From assembly GCA_018675685.1 (NCBI GenBank), contig JABGXP010000018.1, positions 16,175-80,174 of the forward strand: a DNA stretch of 64,000 nucleotides. The letters run 5' to 3'. The notes beneath the pieces were generated by a model. It worked only from the letters and a program-made list of their open reading frames with translations. It searched no databases and was not told the origin of the DNA. Below, in pieces: positions 1-9,110 of this stretch; within the stretch, counting starts at the first letter, position 1; the number at the start of each line of letters is the position of its first letter. This DNA is from a bacterium (GTDB taxonomy: Bacteria; Patescibacteriota; Minisyncoccia; Moranbacterales; DUUL01). Both the position numbers and the translations under genes were made by a program.

Positions 1-419
1 ACCGCAGGAGGTGCTTCTATTACCTCAAAAACCATTTTAATTGGAAGTTCAATGTTAATCGCTGAGTCACCAAAATACAAAACATCAATCTCTGTTCCTT
101 CTGTTAGAAACTTGCTATTCTCACCGATAATTTCAGAGTTAAGCTCAAATTGCTCATAAGACTCACCATTCATGAAATAATGATTACCAGCATCTAGGTA
201 TAAATATTGAGCTTTTCTAGTTGTGATTTCAGCTGGTTCAACTTTATCAGCTCCCTGAAAAGTTTTGTTAATCGTTGCTCCTGTTATCAAGTTTCTTAGC
301 TTTGTTCGGAGAACTGCGCCGGCACGTCCCATTTTGGAATGTTGCGCAAAAAGCACCACAAATGGCTCTCCTTCAATGATAAGTTTTTTTCCAACTTTAA
401 TTCCTGTAAGTGTCAACAT
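1..419 (-). CDS. efp: Elongation factor P (3' end runs off window)
   Basis: Hand translation from ATG at 419: MLTLTGIKVGKKLIIEGEPFVVLFAQHSKMGRAGAVLRTKLRNLITG...QYLYLD...FMNGESYEQFEL; not in the ORF track. Confidence 0.93.
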   Translation of the reverse strand, partial: MLTLTGIKVGKKLIIEGEPFVVLFAQHSKMGRAGAVLRTKLRNLITGATINKTFQGADKVEPAEITTRKAQYLYLDAGNHYFMNGESYEQFELNSEIIGENSKFLTEGTEIDVLYFGDSAINIELPIKMVFEVIEAPPA

Positions 420-431
420 ACCTTTGTTATT

Positions 432-461
432 AAAAAAACGAGACGCCAGTCTCGCTTTTTT
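432..461. terminator. Hairpin flanked by A and T runs between rpsR and efp
   Basis: AAAAAAA-CGAGAC-GCCA-GTCTCG-C-TTTTTT. Confidence 0.6.
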
Positions 462-466
462 GTGAT

Positions 467-727
467 TTATTTAGCTACGAAAGGGAGAAGTGCAACGATT
501 CTTGCTCTTTTGATTGAAGTTGAAAGAGCTCTTTGGTGTTTAGCACAAGTTCCTGTTCTTCTAGTTGGTATGATTTTCCCAACTGTGTTAATAAATCTTC
601 GCAGAAGAATAACATCCTTGTAGTCAATTTTGATAATGTTGTTTGCACAAAAATAACAATTTTTGCTTTCTTCTTTTCTAACGTTTCTGTTCATCATTCT
701 ATTCATCATAATAGGTCTAAAATTCAA
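467..727 (-). CDS. rpsR: 30S ribosomal protein S18 (Zn-binding form)
   Basis: CYFC..IDYKDV.LLRRF...GKI.P.R.TG.CAKHQR..IKRAR..ALLPF; start may be slightly internal. Confidence 0.95.
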   Translation of the reverse strand: MNFRPIMMNRMMNRNVRKEESKNCYFCANNIIKIDYKDVILLRRFINTVGKIIPTRRTGTCAKHQRALSTSIKRARIVALLPFVAK

Positions 728-733
728 TTTTAA

Positions 734-1219
734 TTAAAATGGGATATCTTCAACTCTAATTTCATCCTGATCATCCACATTGATTGTCGGAATTTGTTCG
801 GGTGATGGAATTTGAGCGTTGTTCTCTTGTGGTGCTGCTGCTGGCGCGGCTGGTTTGGAATAACTCCCTCCAGCGTTACCGTCTCTTTTCTGACCAAGCA
901 TGATAGCATTTTCTGCTACAATTTCAGTCATATACCTTTTTTGTCCAGTTTGGGCGTCATCCCAAGATCTTGTTGCAATTCTCCCCTCAATATAAACTTT
1001 TTGTCCCTTGCTCATGTATTGTGAGCAAATTTCAGCAAGCTTCCCCCAAGCAACAATTGAATGAAACTGTGAGTCTTCATTATACTCACCAGTAGCTTGG
1101 TTTTTCCAACGTCTATTCGTAGCCACTCTAAAAGAAGTTACATTTTGTCCGTTTGGAGTTGTCCGCATCTCTGGATCATTGACAATATTGCCAATCATCA
1201 TCGCTTTGTTGAGGTCCAT
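734..1219 (-). CDS. ssb: Single-stranded DNA-binding protein
   Basis: OB-fold motifs, C-terminal EDIPF, rpsF-ssb-rpsR synteny. Confidence 0.97.
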   Translation of the reverse strand: MDLNKAMMIGNIVNDPEMRTTPNGQNVTSFRVATNRRWKNQATGEYNEDSQFHSIVAWGKLAEICSQYMSKGQKVYIEGRIATRSWDDAQTGQKRYMTEIVAENAIMLGQKRDGNAGGSYSKPAAPAAAPQENNAQIPSPEQIPTINVDDQDEIRVEDIPF

Positions 1220-1237
1220 AGGATTTGAGTTTAGTTT

Positions 1238-1897
1238 TTATATACTTAGGATTTCATCTAATTTTTTGTCTAAATCCTCCAAAGAAGATTTGTCGTCAGA
1301 ATCACTTTCTTTCTTAGGTTCAGCTTTTTTCTTCTTGTCTTCTTTTTCAACTTCTTTTTTCTCAACCTCTTTTTCTTCCTCCTTTACCTCTTCCTTAACT
1401 TCTTCTTTCACTTCTTCTTTTTTCACTTCCTTCACTTCATCTTCCTTAATCTCTTCTTTCACTTCCTTTTTTACAACAGGAGCCTTTTTAACTTCCTCCT
1501 TAGCAACTTCCTTTCTTGAGTCTGACTTGGCAATCATTTTTTCAACATCCTCTTGTTTCACTGTTGTTCTCTCTCTCTTTTCCATAGAAAGAACCTCTTT
1601 GCTAAGCTCTGGAAGTTCATCTGCTCTTACAATCATGTATCTAGCTACGTCTTGAACTAGATTTAATTCTCTTTTTAATTCGAGAATATCAGACTTGTCT
1701 TTGAGTTCAAATCTCAAAACTGTAAAGAAACCATATGCTTCGTGTTGGATCTCATATGCTAGTCTTCGTTTTTTGTAAACAAGTTCATCTGTTACTGAGC
1801 CCTTGTATTCTTTGATCAAAGATTTCACTTTGTCTTTAATCTGTTCAACTGTTTCTGTGCGTGATTGTAGCACAAGAAAATTAATCTCGTATTCCAT
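1238..1897 (-). CDS. rpsF: 30S ribosomal protein S6 with long E/K-rich C-terminal extension
   Basis: YE...KRRLAYEI..GFF...DVARYMIV; likely start ATG 1897 (MEYEINF). Confidence 0.9.
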   Translation of the reverse strand: MEYEINFLVLQSRTETVEQIKDKVKSLIKEYKGSVTDELVYKKRRLAYEIQHEAYGFFTVLRFELKDKSDILELKRELNLVQDVARYMIVRADELPELSKEVLSMEKRERTTVKQEDVEKMIAKSDSRKEVAKEEVKKAPVVKKEVKEEIKEDEVKEVKKEEVKEEVKEEVKEEEKEVEKKEVEKEDKKKKAEPKKESDSDDKSSLEDLDKKLDEILSI

Positions 1898-1942
1898 TTT
1901 CAGTAGTACGTTAGTGGTTAAGTATACCATATTTTAAGACAA

Positions 1943-2020
1943 ATAAAACCCACACATTGGTGGAGGTTGGTGTTTCTGATCCTTCTTTTGCAAGAAAGGC
2001 GGAATCACCTCGGGCTTTAT
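1943..2020 (-). ncRNA. Structured RNA candidate upstream of rpsF
   Basis: Nested stems ATAAAGCCC/GGGTTTTAT, GAGGT/ACCTC and CCTTTCTT-GCAA-AAGAAGG; possible TTGACT-N17-CATCTT promoter upstream. Confidence 0.45.
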
Positions 2021-2173
2021 CAATACTCTTAAGATGACATAATATAAGGGAGAAGTCAATAGAAACAACAACCTTGACAAAACAATGAGGATAACCCACG
2101 ATGAAAAGTATTAAAGAGTACTTTCACATAAATTATACAGAATCTTTCTTGGAAAGAAGGAGGGAGTGAGATT

Positions 2174-2374
2174 ATGAGAAGTAGGAAAGGACTCGCAGAG
2201 GAAAAGAATGCGCAAGGAAGTGAGAAAAAGAGAAAAGGAGGGAACATAGCTGCTTTACTCTTTCTTTCATCCTTTTGGCTACGGAATCCAGGTGTTTTGG
2301 AAATGGAAGAAAGCTATTGTCAGGAAATAAACGATGCACTAAAGAAGCTCGACGCATCAAACAACAGGAGGTGA
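2174..2374 (+). CDS. Small hypothetical protein with a hydrophobic segment
   Basis: AAGGAGGG SD, TTGACA-N17-CACGAT promoter near 2074, adjacent to next ORF. Confidence 0.5.
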   Translation: MRSRKGLAEEKNAQGSEKKRKGGNIAALLFLSSFWLRNPGVLEMEESYCQEINDALKKLDASNNRR

Positions 2375-2377
2375 AAA

Positions 2378-2911
2378 GTGATAAAGCTAAGATCAAAGAC
2401 TTTTTTTATTTTTGTCAGCATACTTTTTTTTGCAGTAAGTTCACCAGCTATTGCTATTAAAAAGCAAAACCAAAAACAGGTCAATGCCCCCCAAGTTGTG
2501 GCGATGCAAAAAGTCATTGTTGTTACAATGAGGGCTAAAAACGGTGATAATGTAGTTTATGAAATGACGGATTCTACCAAGGGAGGCGAACAACCCGATG
2601 GATTGATTGATTTTGCAAACTTCATTAAAGTGTTTCGTGCGCATGATACCTCGACAGGAAGTCAAATTGCGCGTGGTACTAAATATCCGATAACAGTGAA
2701 GATAATCTATTTTCGTCCAGGCGATGAGATTAGTAATTCCTTCCCGATTATGACCAACGAAGAATGGTTCGGAGGTTTTCACGCAAGAATTGCAAAATGC
2801 ATTGATGCAAACCAACGAATAGTTCCTCCAATTGACGGACAATGGGAGACATATACCGTTACGAGTAAATTTATGAGGCAATTGCAACAATTGTATGAAA
2901 GGTATAAATAA
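2378..2911 (+). CDS. Secreted hypothetical protein
   Basis: GGAGG SD, signal-peptide-like N-terminus, followed by a terminator. Confidence 0.7.
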   Translation: MIKLRSKTFFIFVSILFFAVSSPAIAIKKQNQKQVNAPQVVAMQKVIVVTMRAKNGDNVVYEMTDSTKGGEQPDGLIDFANFIKVFRAHDTSTGSQIARGTKYPITVKIIYFRPGDEISNSFPIMTNEEWFGGFHARIAKCIDANQRIVPPIDGQWETYTVTSKFMRQLQQLYERYK

Positions 2912-2926
2912 AAGTGCAGATTGCAC

Positions 2927-2977
2927 AAAAAGCCCCTTAAAGAGATAAATTATTTCTCTTTAAGGGGCTGTTTTTTT
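2927..2977. terminator. Bidirectional intrinsic terminator
   Basis: 15-bp stem AGCCCCTTAAAGAGA/TCTCTTTAAGGGGCT with T7, between convergent genes. Confidence 0.8.
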
Positions 2978-2988
2978 CAAGGGAGTAG

Positions 2989-4203
2989 CTAGCTCTTTAA
3001 GTGTTTCAATTCTTTATTGTAAATAAAATATCCGCAAAATAATGCAATCCAAAAAAATGAAATAAAAATCAAGAGAATTTTCTGAGGCGTCATGATGTGT
3101 AATAAGAAACCTGCCAAGAAAGGAGCTATTGTTTGGAAAAGTTTGTCTAACACTGAGTCAATTCCGAGAATTTCTCCGCGATATTTGCTATTTACATAAT
3201 TAGTGAGTAGTACTGCTTGATAAGGACCATTGAGTGCTTCTCCGATTGCGAATATGGCTGCGAAAAACCAGAACATCGACAAACTATCTGTTGTTGCAAG
3301 GAACATTCCACTGGACCCCAATACAAAAGCTGAAACCAGTCCAACCTTGAAGGGTCCAACTTTGTCTACAAACTTGCCTGTGAAAAAAAGCGCAACAAAA
3401 GCAACAAATCCCATAGTGGCAAAGATAGCACCAGTAGAGAGGTCTTTCCCTGTAAATGAAAAAATAATAAGAGGCCAAAGCATTATTTTAATTCCCCAGT
3501 TAATTCCGAAAGCAGCGTTGATGAGAGTGTAAAAAACCAATGCTGGTTTTTTGAGGATGTATTTTATCCCAAAGAAAAAATCACGTGGCGAAAAGTCTTT
3601 GTCGTGATGGGTAGCACTAGATTTTTTTGATCTGAGTGTTGAAAATGAGAGTATTGCAGCTAGTAGAAAAATAATAGACATAAGGAAATATGGAGCTGCG
3701 AGACCAGATCTATCACTAAGGTAGCCTCCTGCAAACTGTGCAATTGCCCCAAGGAGCGATTGAACGGAATACATTATCCCAATGTATTGGCCCTGTTTCT
3801 TGATATTTTTTAGAAGGTCTTGTAGATAGGCTATCAAAATTGGTCCAGTGCTAGCAGAGGCAAAAGCCCAAATAAACTTTACACCCATGTATTGATATAC
3901 ATTATAAGTGGAGGCATATAACAAGGGAAAGATTATACTCGCGACACATCCCCAAAGAATAAAGTTGTCACGGCCAAATTTGTCGGAAAGTCTTCCTATC
4001 CAGATTGAAAAAAAAGCCAAGGCAATTGACCCAACACCGAAAGTCGCCCCAATAAGAGAGGGGTTGTTAGTAAGCGTTTTAATAAAACGAACCTCGATTG
4101 GCGCTATTAAATAACCAGCAGTTGTGATCAGACTAAATATGACTGCCCCTATTAGAAATTCACGCAGAACTTTCTTTTCTTGAGTTTGTTTTGAAGCTGA
4201 CAT
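2989..4203 (-). CDS. MFS transporter
   Basis: About 12 TM segments; motif A GRLSDKFGR, repeated as GKFVDKVG. Confidence 0.9.
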   Translation of the reverse strand: MSASKQTQEKKVLREFLIGAVIFSLITTAGYLIAPIEVRFIKTLTNNPSLIGATFGVGSIALAFFSIWIGRLSDKFGRDNFILWGCVASIIFPLLYASTYNVYQYMGVKFIWAFASASTGPILIAYLQDLLKNIKKQGQYIGIMYSVQSLLGAIAQFAGGYLSDRSGLAAPYFLMSIIFLLAAILSFSTLRSKKSSATHHDKDFSPRDFFFGIKYILKKPALVFYTLINAAFGINWGIKIMLWPLIIFSFTGKDLSTGAIFATMGFVAFVALFFTGKFVDKVGPFKVGLVSAFVLGSSGMFLATTDSLSMFWFFAAIFAIGEALNGPYQAVLLTNYVNSKYRGEILGIDSVLDKLFQTIAPFLAGFLLHIMTPQKILLIFISFFWIALFCGYFIYNKELKHLKS

Positions 4204-4338
4204 TTTTTAAAATGGATCTAAGAATAAATAGTTCTAGAAAGTCGAAGTTTGACTTTAATTATAGGTAATTTATAATATTTGGTAAGAGTAAGTAATACTT
4301 GCTATGTTTTATTATAGCACATCCATCATCTTAAATTT

Positions 4339-5127
4339 ATGAAAGTTACGCGAAAAACAAAAGAGGAAGTAGTGATGCTTAAAAAGAGCGGGAAGATTTT
4401 AGTGGATGCTATGAATCTTGCTGTTGATCATGCTAAAAAAGCAGTGGACAAGACGATATTTACCATGGAGCTTGATGAAATAGTTGAGAAATATATTAGA
4501 GATAACGGTGGTGTTCCGGCTTTTCTGCATTATTCTGATGGAGGAAGTGAGCCTTTTCCGGCCTCAATTTGTGTTTCGATTAATGACGAGATTGTGCATG
4601 GAATCCCTAAGAAGGACGTGAGAATAAAAGAAGGTGATTTACTGTCTTTGGATTTAGGGGTGGAATATGGAGGCATGTTCACAGATGCTGCTACGACGGT
4701 TATGATCGGTGAAGTGAGTGAGCAGGCTAAAAAGATAACAGAGATAACAAGAAAAAGTTTAAGCGCTGGGATCGCGAAGCTTCGTCATGGTGCTAAGCTG
4801 GGGGACTATGGAGCTGCTGTTGATGAAATTGCAACCAAAAATGGATTTGTAACAGTTAAGGGTTTGGTTGGTCATGGGGTTGGACACGCAGTTCATGAAC
4901 CACCACAAATCCCAAATTATGGCGAGAAGAACACAGGGTTTAAGATTAAAGAAGGCATGGTTTTGGCTTTGGAGCCAATGCTGGCTGTCAGTGATGACAG
5001 AATTTCTCTAGGAGATGATGAGTTCGCGTTCACTACGTATAACGGTTGTTTGTCAGCTCATTTTGAACATACAGTTTTGATTACAAAAAAAGGGTGTGAA
5101 GTTATTACCGATGGAATAAAAAGTTAA
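4339..5127 (+). CDS. map: Methionine aminopeptidase type I
   Basis: CVSINDEIVHGIP, GHGVG..VHE.P, ALEPM, SAHFEHT. Confidence 0.97.
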   Translation: MKVTRKTKEEVVMLKKSGKILVDAMNLAVDHAKKAVDKTIFTMELDEIVEKYIRDNGGVPAFLHYSDGGSEPFPASICVSINDEIVHGIPKKDVRIKEGDLLSLDLGVEYGGMFTDAATTVMIGEVSEQAKKITEITRKSLSAGIAKLRHGAKLGDYGAAVDEIATKNGFVTVKGLVGHGVGHAVHEPPQIPNYGEKNTGFKIKEGMVLALEPMLAVSDDRISLGDDEFAFTTYNGCLSAHFEHTVLITKKGCEVITDGIKS

Positions 5128-5140
5128 TTTTAATTTAGAA

Positions 5141-5548
5141 ATGACAGAAGAAATGCACTATTACTTGGGAGTTGATTGGGGAAAAGTTCTTTGTGGGGTA
5201 GCAGTCGCTGACAATGAGACTAGAATTGCGAATGCATATTGTGAGGTTGCGACAAAATCCTTTTTTAGCAAGCTTGAGGAGTTAAAAAAAGAATTGGATT
5301 TTAAAAAAATTATCATTGGAAAAACAAGCGCTGGTGATGAGCAATTTACTGCCAATAATGTAGCTATCGATGACTTCACGGAGAGTTTGGAAGAAAGAGG
5401 TTTCGAAGTAGAAGCTGAGGAAGAGTTTTTTTCAACAAAAGTTGCTCAGATGAATTTATCAGAAGTCCGTAATAGAGGAATTTCAAAAAATGATAACGCT
5501 GAGTCAGCAAGGGTAATTTTGCAGGGCTGGTTAGACAGAAAGGTGTAG
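5141..5548 (+). CDS. yqgF: YqgF/RuvX pre-16S rRNA nuclease family
   Basis: LGVDWG...GVAV, EEFFST, SARVILQGWLD. Confidence 0.8.
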   Translation: MTEEMHYYLGVDWGKVLCGVAVADNETRIANAYCEVATKSFFSKLEELKKELDFKKIIIGKTSAGDEQFTANNVAIDDFTESLEERGFEVEAEEEFFSTKVAQMNLSEVRNRGISKNDNAESARVILQGWLDRKV

Positions 5549-5698
5549 TTTTGCTAAAATAAAGGAGACTATAAATATCTCTAATAAGAGAATTTGAAAG
5601 ACTCCTAAGGGTGCGTTTTCTGTTGGAAAATTTACCTTTATCGCAGTGTTTTTCAGAGTTAAAAGTTTAAAAGTAATTTAATTTAAAAAGCAGAAAAT

Positions 5699-6553
5699 AT
5701 GCGACAAGAAAATAGACCGATGTATTCAGTGATTATTCCTACCTACAACGAAGCTTCTAAACCAGAGGAGATGAGGGAACATCTGAATTCAATTGATGAT
5801 TATTTTAAAAACCTAGGACAATCAAGAGAAATTGTGATTGTACTAGACGGACCAACTGATGGGACCCAAGAATTGGTCAAGGAAGTTACTAAGAGTATTG
5901 AAAATGTGAGAATTATTGATCGTGAGCAAAATATGGGGAAGGGGTATTCTCTTCGTGAGGGACTCCTTGCTGCAGAAGGTCAAATTAGACTTTTTACAGA
6001 TATGGATGGTGCGACACCAATAAACATGCTTGATCGTTTTATTCCAAAATTTCAAGAGGGTTTTGACGTTGTTGCTGGTTCCAGGGATTTAGAGGAATCT
6101 AAGATTAAAGTGCATCAACCAAAATGGAAAGAATGGTTTGGTGATCTGGGAAATTTTCTAGTGCAAGCTGGAACAGGTCTTTGGGGTGTGAAAGATACTC
6201 AGTGTGGATTCAAGGCCTTTACCGAAAAAGCTGTTAAGGACATTGTTTCAAGAACAACTGTTGATCGATGGGGAATTGATTTTGAATTATTGATGATTGG
6301 AAAAAAGCTTGGTTACAAGATTGATTTTGTCCCAGTGGATTGGATGGATAAAGGAGAGAGTCTTGTAGGGGTTGGTGGTTTTGGCTACTTAACAACATTG
6401 AAAGACCTTTTCAATGTTAGATGGAACTTGATTAAAGGTGTTTATAAATTAAATAAAAAAGTTACTGAATTGAAAGAGCGAGAACAACAGCAAGCTCAGG
6501 AGGACAAAAAAACCGAAGATCTTAGCGAGGACTCTAAGAAAGAGGAGTTGTAG
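5699..6553 (+). CDS. GT2 glycosyltransferase (dolichyl-phosphate glucosyltransferase-like)
   Basis: SVIIPTYNE, GKG, FTDMD, DTQCGFK. Confidence 0.9.
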   Translation: MRQENRPMYSVIIPTYNEASKPEEMREHLNSIDDYFKNLGQSREIVIVLDGPTDGTQELVKEVTKSIENVRIIDREQNMGKGYSLREGLLAAEGQIRLFTDMDGATPINMLDRFIPKFQEGFDVVAGSRDLEESKIKVHQPKWKEWFGDLGNFLVQAGTGLWGVKDTQCGFKAFTEKAVKDIVSRTTVDRWGIDFELLMIGKKLGYKIDFVPVDWMDKGESLVGVGGFGYLTTLKDLFNVRWNLIKGVYKLNKKVTELKEREQQQAQEDKKTEDLSEDSKKEEL

Positions 6554-6607
6554 ATATCGAAAATTTCAAAAATTTCGGAATAAAAAATTGACAAAAACAA
6601 AAACAAA

Positions 6608-7708
6608 ATGAGCGTTGCAAATAAAAAAACAAATAAAAAAAAGCTTGTGATTAAGAAAGAAGTCATTAAAGCTAAAAAAAGCAAATTGAAAGTAAGACCA
6701 AAGGCAATAAAGCAAATTTCTCAATTAAGACACAATTTGGTGACTGATGAATGGGTTGTTGTTGCAGTTGGAAGAGGTAAGAGACCAGATGATTTTTCCT
6801 TGGAAAATGAATCTGTGCAAGAAGACGCGGATATTGAGGATTGTTTGTTTTGTGACCCAATTGCTTCTGGGCAAGAAAAAGATGTTCTAATCTACAAAAC
6901 AGATGATGACGATTGGACACTGCGAGTTTTTCCGAATAAATTTCCAGCGTTTGCTAGACCTAAAGCGGGGAGAGTTTCTCATCAAGAAGAAGGCCCGTAT
7001 TTTATGATGGATGGTGTTGGATATCACGAGGTTATTGTAACAAGAGATCACTATAAACATATTGGGAAAATGGAACCGATTATGGTTGCTGAGTTGATTG
7101 ATGCTTATCAAACCAGATACCTTGATTTAATGAACAAGAAGTCAGTAAGATATATTGAAATTTTTCATAACCATGGGAAAAAATCGGGAGCATCAATTGA
7201 ACACCCCCACTCCCAGTTAATTGCTGTGCCAGTGGTCTCACCCTTCACTGTACAAGAGTTGGCTGGAGCAGAGAACTATTACAGAGCAAACAAGAGATGT
7301 GTTTTTTGTACAATGATTAAATGGGAATTAGATTATGCAAAACGTGTGATTTTTGAAAATGATCTGTTTATTGCTTATTGTCCATTTGCTTCAAAAATGG
7401 CATTTGAAATTCGTGTGATTCCAAAAAGGCATACACCATATTTTGAAAGAATGAGTGATGAGGAGAAGATTGCAGCAGGGGAAGCCTTGCACCAAGCAAT
7501 ACGAAAATTAACAACAGTGATTGAAGGAGTAGCCTTTAATTTCTTTATTGATACAGCTCCTTGTGATGGAAAAGATTACCCTCACTACCATTGGCATATT
7601 GAAATTTTACCAAGAACTGCAACTTGGGCTGGATTTGAACTTTCCAGTGGAATGGAGATAACTGCGATTGAGCCAGAAGTTGCTGCTGAATATTTACGTA
7701 AAGCATAG
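6608..7708 (+). CDS. galT: Galactose-1-phosphate uridylyltransferase family (GalT/HIT)
   Basis: CLFC, NKFPA, GASIEHPHSQ, YHWHIEI.PR, AGFE. Confidence 0.88.
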   Translation: MSVANKKTNKKKLVIKKEVIKAKKSKLKVRPKAIKQISQLRHNLVTDEWVVVAVGRGKRPDDFSLENESVQEDADIEDCLFCDPIASGQEKDVLIYKTDDDDWTLRVFPNKFPAFARPKAGRVSHQEEGPYFMMDGVGYHEVIVTRDHYKHIGKMEPIMVAELIDAYQTRYLDLMNKKSVRYIEIFHNHGKKSGASIEHPHSQLIAVPVVSPFTVQELAGAENYYRANKRCVFCTMIKWELDYAKRVIFENDLFIAYCPFASKMAFEIRVIPKRHTPYFERMSDEEKIAAGEALHQAIRKLTTVIEGVAFNFFIDTAPCDGKDYPHYHWHIEILPRTATWAGFELSSGMEITAIEPEVAAEYLRKA

Positions 7709-7765
7709 AAACAACCTAACGAATTTGATGGTGGATGGTGGGATTAGTTAAATTAAAGTAAAAAA

Positions 7766-8269
7766 ATGTTTATAGAAGCTGCTAGCGTGGTTGTATTACT
7801 AGAGGAAGCGGGAGTGCCAAGGGAGATTGCGACAATGATAATAGCAATGACTCCGATTTTTGAATTAAGGGCTTCGATCCCAATTGCGATTACAGTTCTC
7901 GAGATGCATCCTTTAAGTGCCTATCTCTGGTCGGTTTTTGGTAACGTACTTCCTGTGCTTATTATTGTTTTTCTTTTGGAAAAAGTTTCATCATTCTTAA
8001 GTACCAGATTTGAATGTTGGAAAAAGTTTTTTGATTGGTTATTTGCCAGGACAAGGAAGAGGGTTCACAAACAAATTGAAAAATATGGAGATTGGGGATT
8101 GTTTTTTTTGGTTGCAATTCCATTACCAGTCACAGGAGGTTGGACTGGTGCGCTTGCAGCTTTCCTTTTTGGGATTAAAAAAGTAAAAGCAATTCCTTTA
8201 ATAACCCTTGGTATAATGACAGCCGGAGTCATTGTGCTTTTGTTGACGCTAGGAGCTATCAAGTTGTAA
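7766..8269 (+). CDS. COG2426 small multidrug-export-like membrane protein
   Basis: PIFELRASIP, VAIPLPVTGGWTG. Confidence 0.85.
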   Translation: MFIEAASVVVLLEEAGVPREIATMIIAMTPIFELRASIPIAITVLEMHPLSAYLWSVFGNVLPVLIIVFLLEKVSSFLSTRFECWKKFFDWLFARTRKRVHKQIEKYGDWGLFFLVAIPLPVTGGWTGALAAFLFGIKKVKAIPLITLGIMTAGVIVLLLTLGAIKL

Positions 8270-8308
8270 GCTTCTTTTGATAGATTTAATTGTTTGAATT
8301 ATGAAAAA

Positions 8309-9100
8309 ATGATAGAAAAAAGAAGAAAGTTGACAGTAGCGAATTTTAAAATGAGCTTGAACATGTCTTTTGAACTCAAGAAATGGATGGAAACATTCGA
8401 GAAGGCAATGCTTAATTTAAAGCTTGAAGAAGGAAATATAGTTTTGTGCCCACCAATTGCCCTGCTTGATGGTTTCGTTAAAAAGATTGGTTATGACGAT
8501 GTGTCGTTTGGCTCGCAGAACTGTTCTTGGGAGCAAAAAGGTGCTTTCACTGGAGAGAACAGCCCAGCGATGATCAAAAGTATCGGTGGAAAATATGTTA
8601 TTTTGGGTCATTCAGAAAGAAGAGCTTATTTTGGTGAGGACAATAAGGTCATTAATCTAAAGTTGAAAGCCGCCCTCAAATCAAGTCTAACTCCAATTCT
8701 TTGTATTGGTGAGAGTAGCGAGGAAAAGAAAAATGATCAAACATTGGAAATTATCACAAAACAGTTTAACGAATGTTTAAATGAAATTTCCCCAACTAAA
8801 GTTGAAGAGGTAGTTTTTTGTTATGAACCTATTTGGGCCATCAGTGCTAATAACCCAGACCACTTACCCGACTCCAATGAAATTATGGAAGCAAGACTTT
8901 TAATCAAGAAGCTTATAATGAAGGCTTATGGAGAGAGAATCGCCAATAAAGCAAGAATTTTATACGGGGGAAGTGTAAAAGGAGATACCGTTAAGGAGGT
9001 TTGTGTGAATTCAGGGATGGACGGGGCATTGATTGGTGGAGCAAGTTTGTTGCCATATGATTTAGTTAGAATTGCTAAGATATTAGATAATCAAAATTAA
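8309..9100 (+). CDS. tpiA: Triosephosphate isomerase
   Basis: NFKM, GAFTGE, GHSERR, YEPIWAI, LYGGSV, DGALIGGASL. Confidence 0.95.
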   Translation: MIEKRRKLTVANFKMSLNMSFELKKWMETFEKAMLNLKLEEGNIVLCPPIALLDGFVKKIGYDDVSFGSQNCSWEQKGAFTGENSPAMIKSIGGKYVILGHSERRAYFGEDNKVINLKLKAALKSSLTPILCIGESSEEKKNDQTLEIITKQFNECLNEISPTKVEEVVFCYEPIWAISANNPDHLPDSNEIMEARLLIKKLIMKAYGERIANKARILYGGSVKGDTVKEVCVNSGMDGALIGGASLLPYDLVRIAKILDNQN

Positions 9101-9110
9101 AAAAGAAAAA

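Noticed and set aside
1340-1480. Short tandem repeats or CRISPR-like pattern
   Set aside because: These are codons of the KEEV-repeat S6 tail; there is no constant repeat-spacer period
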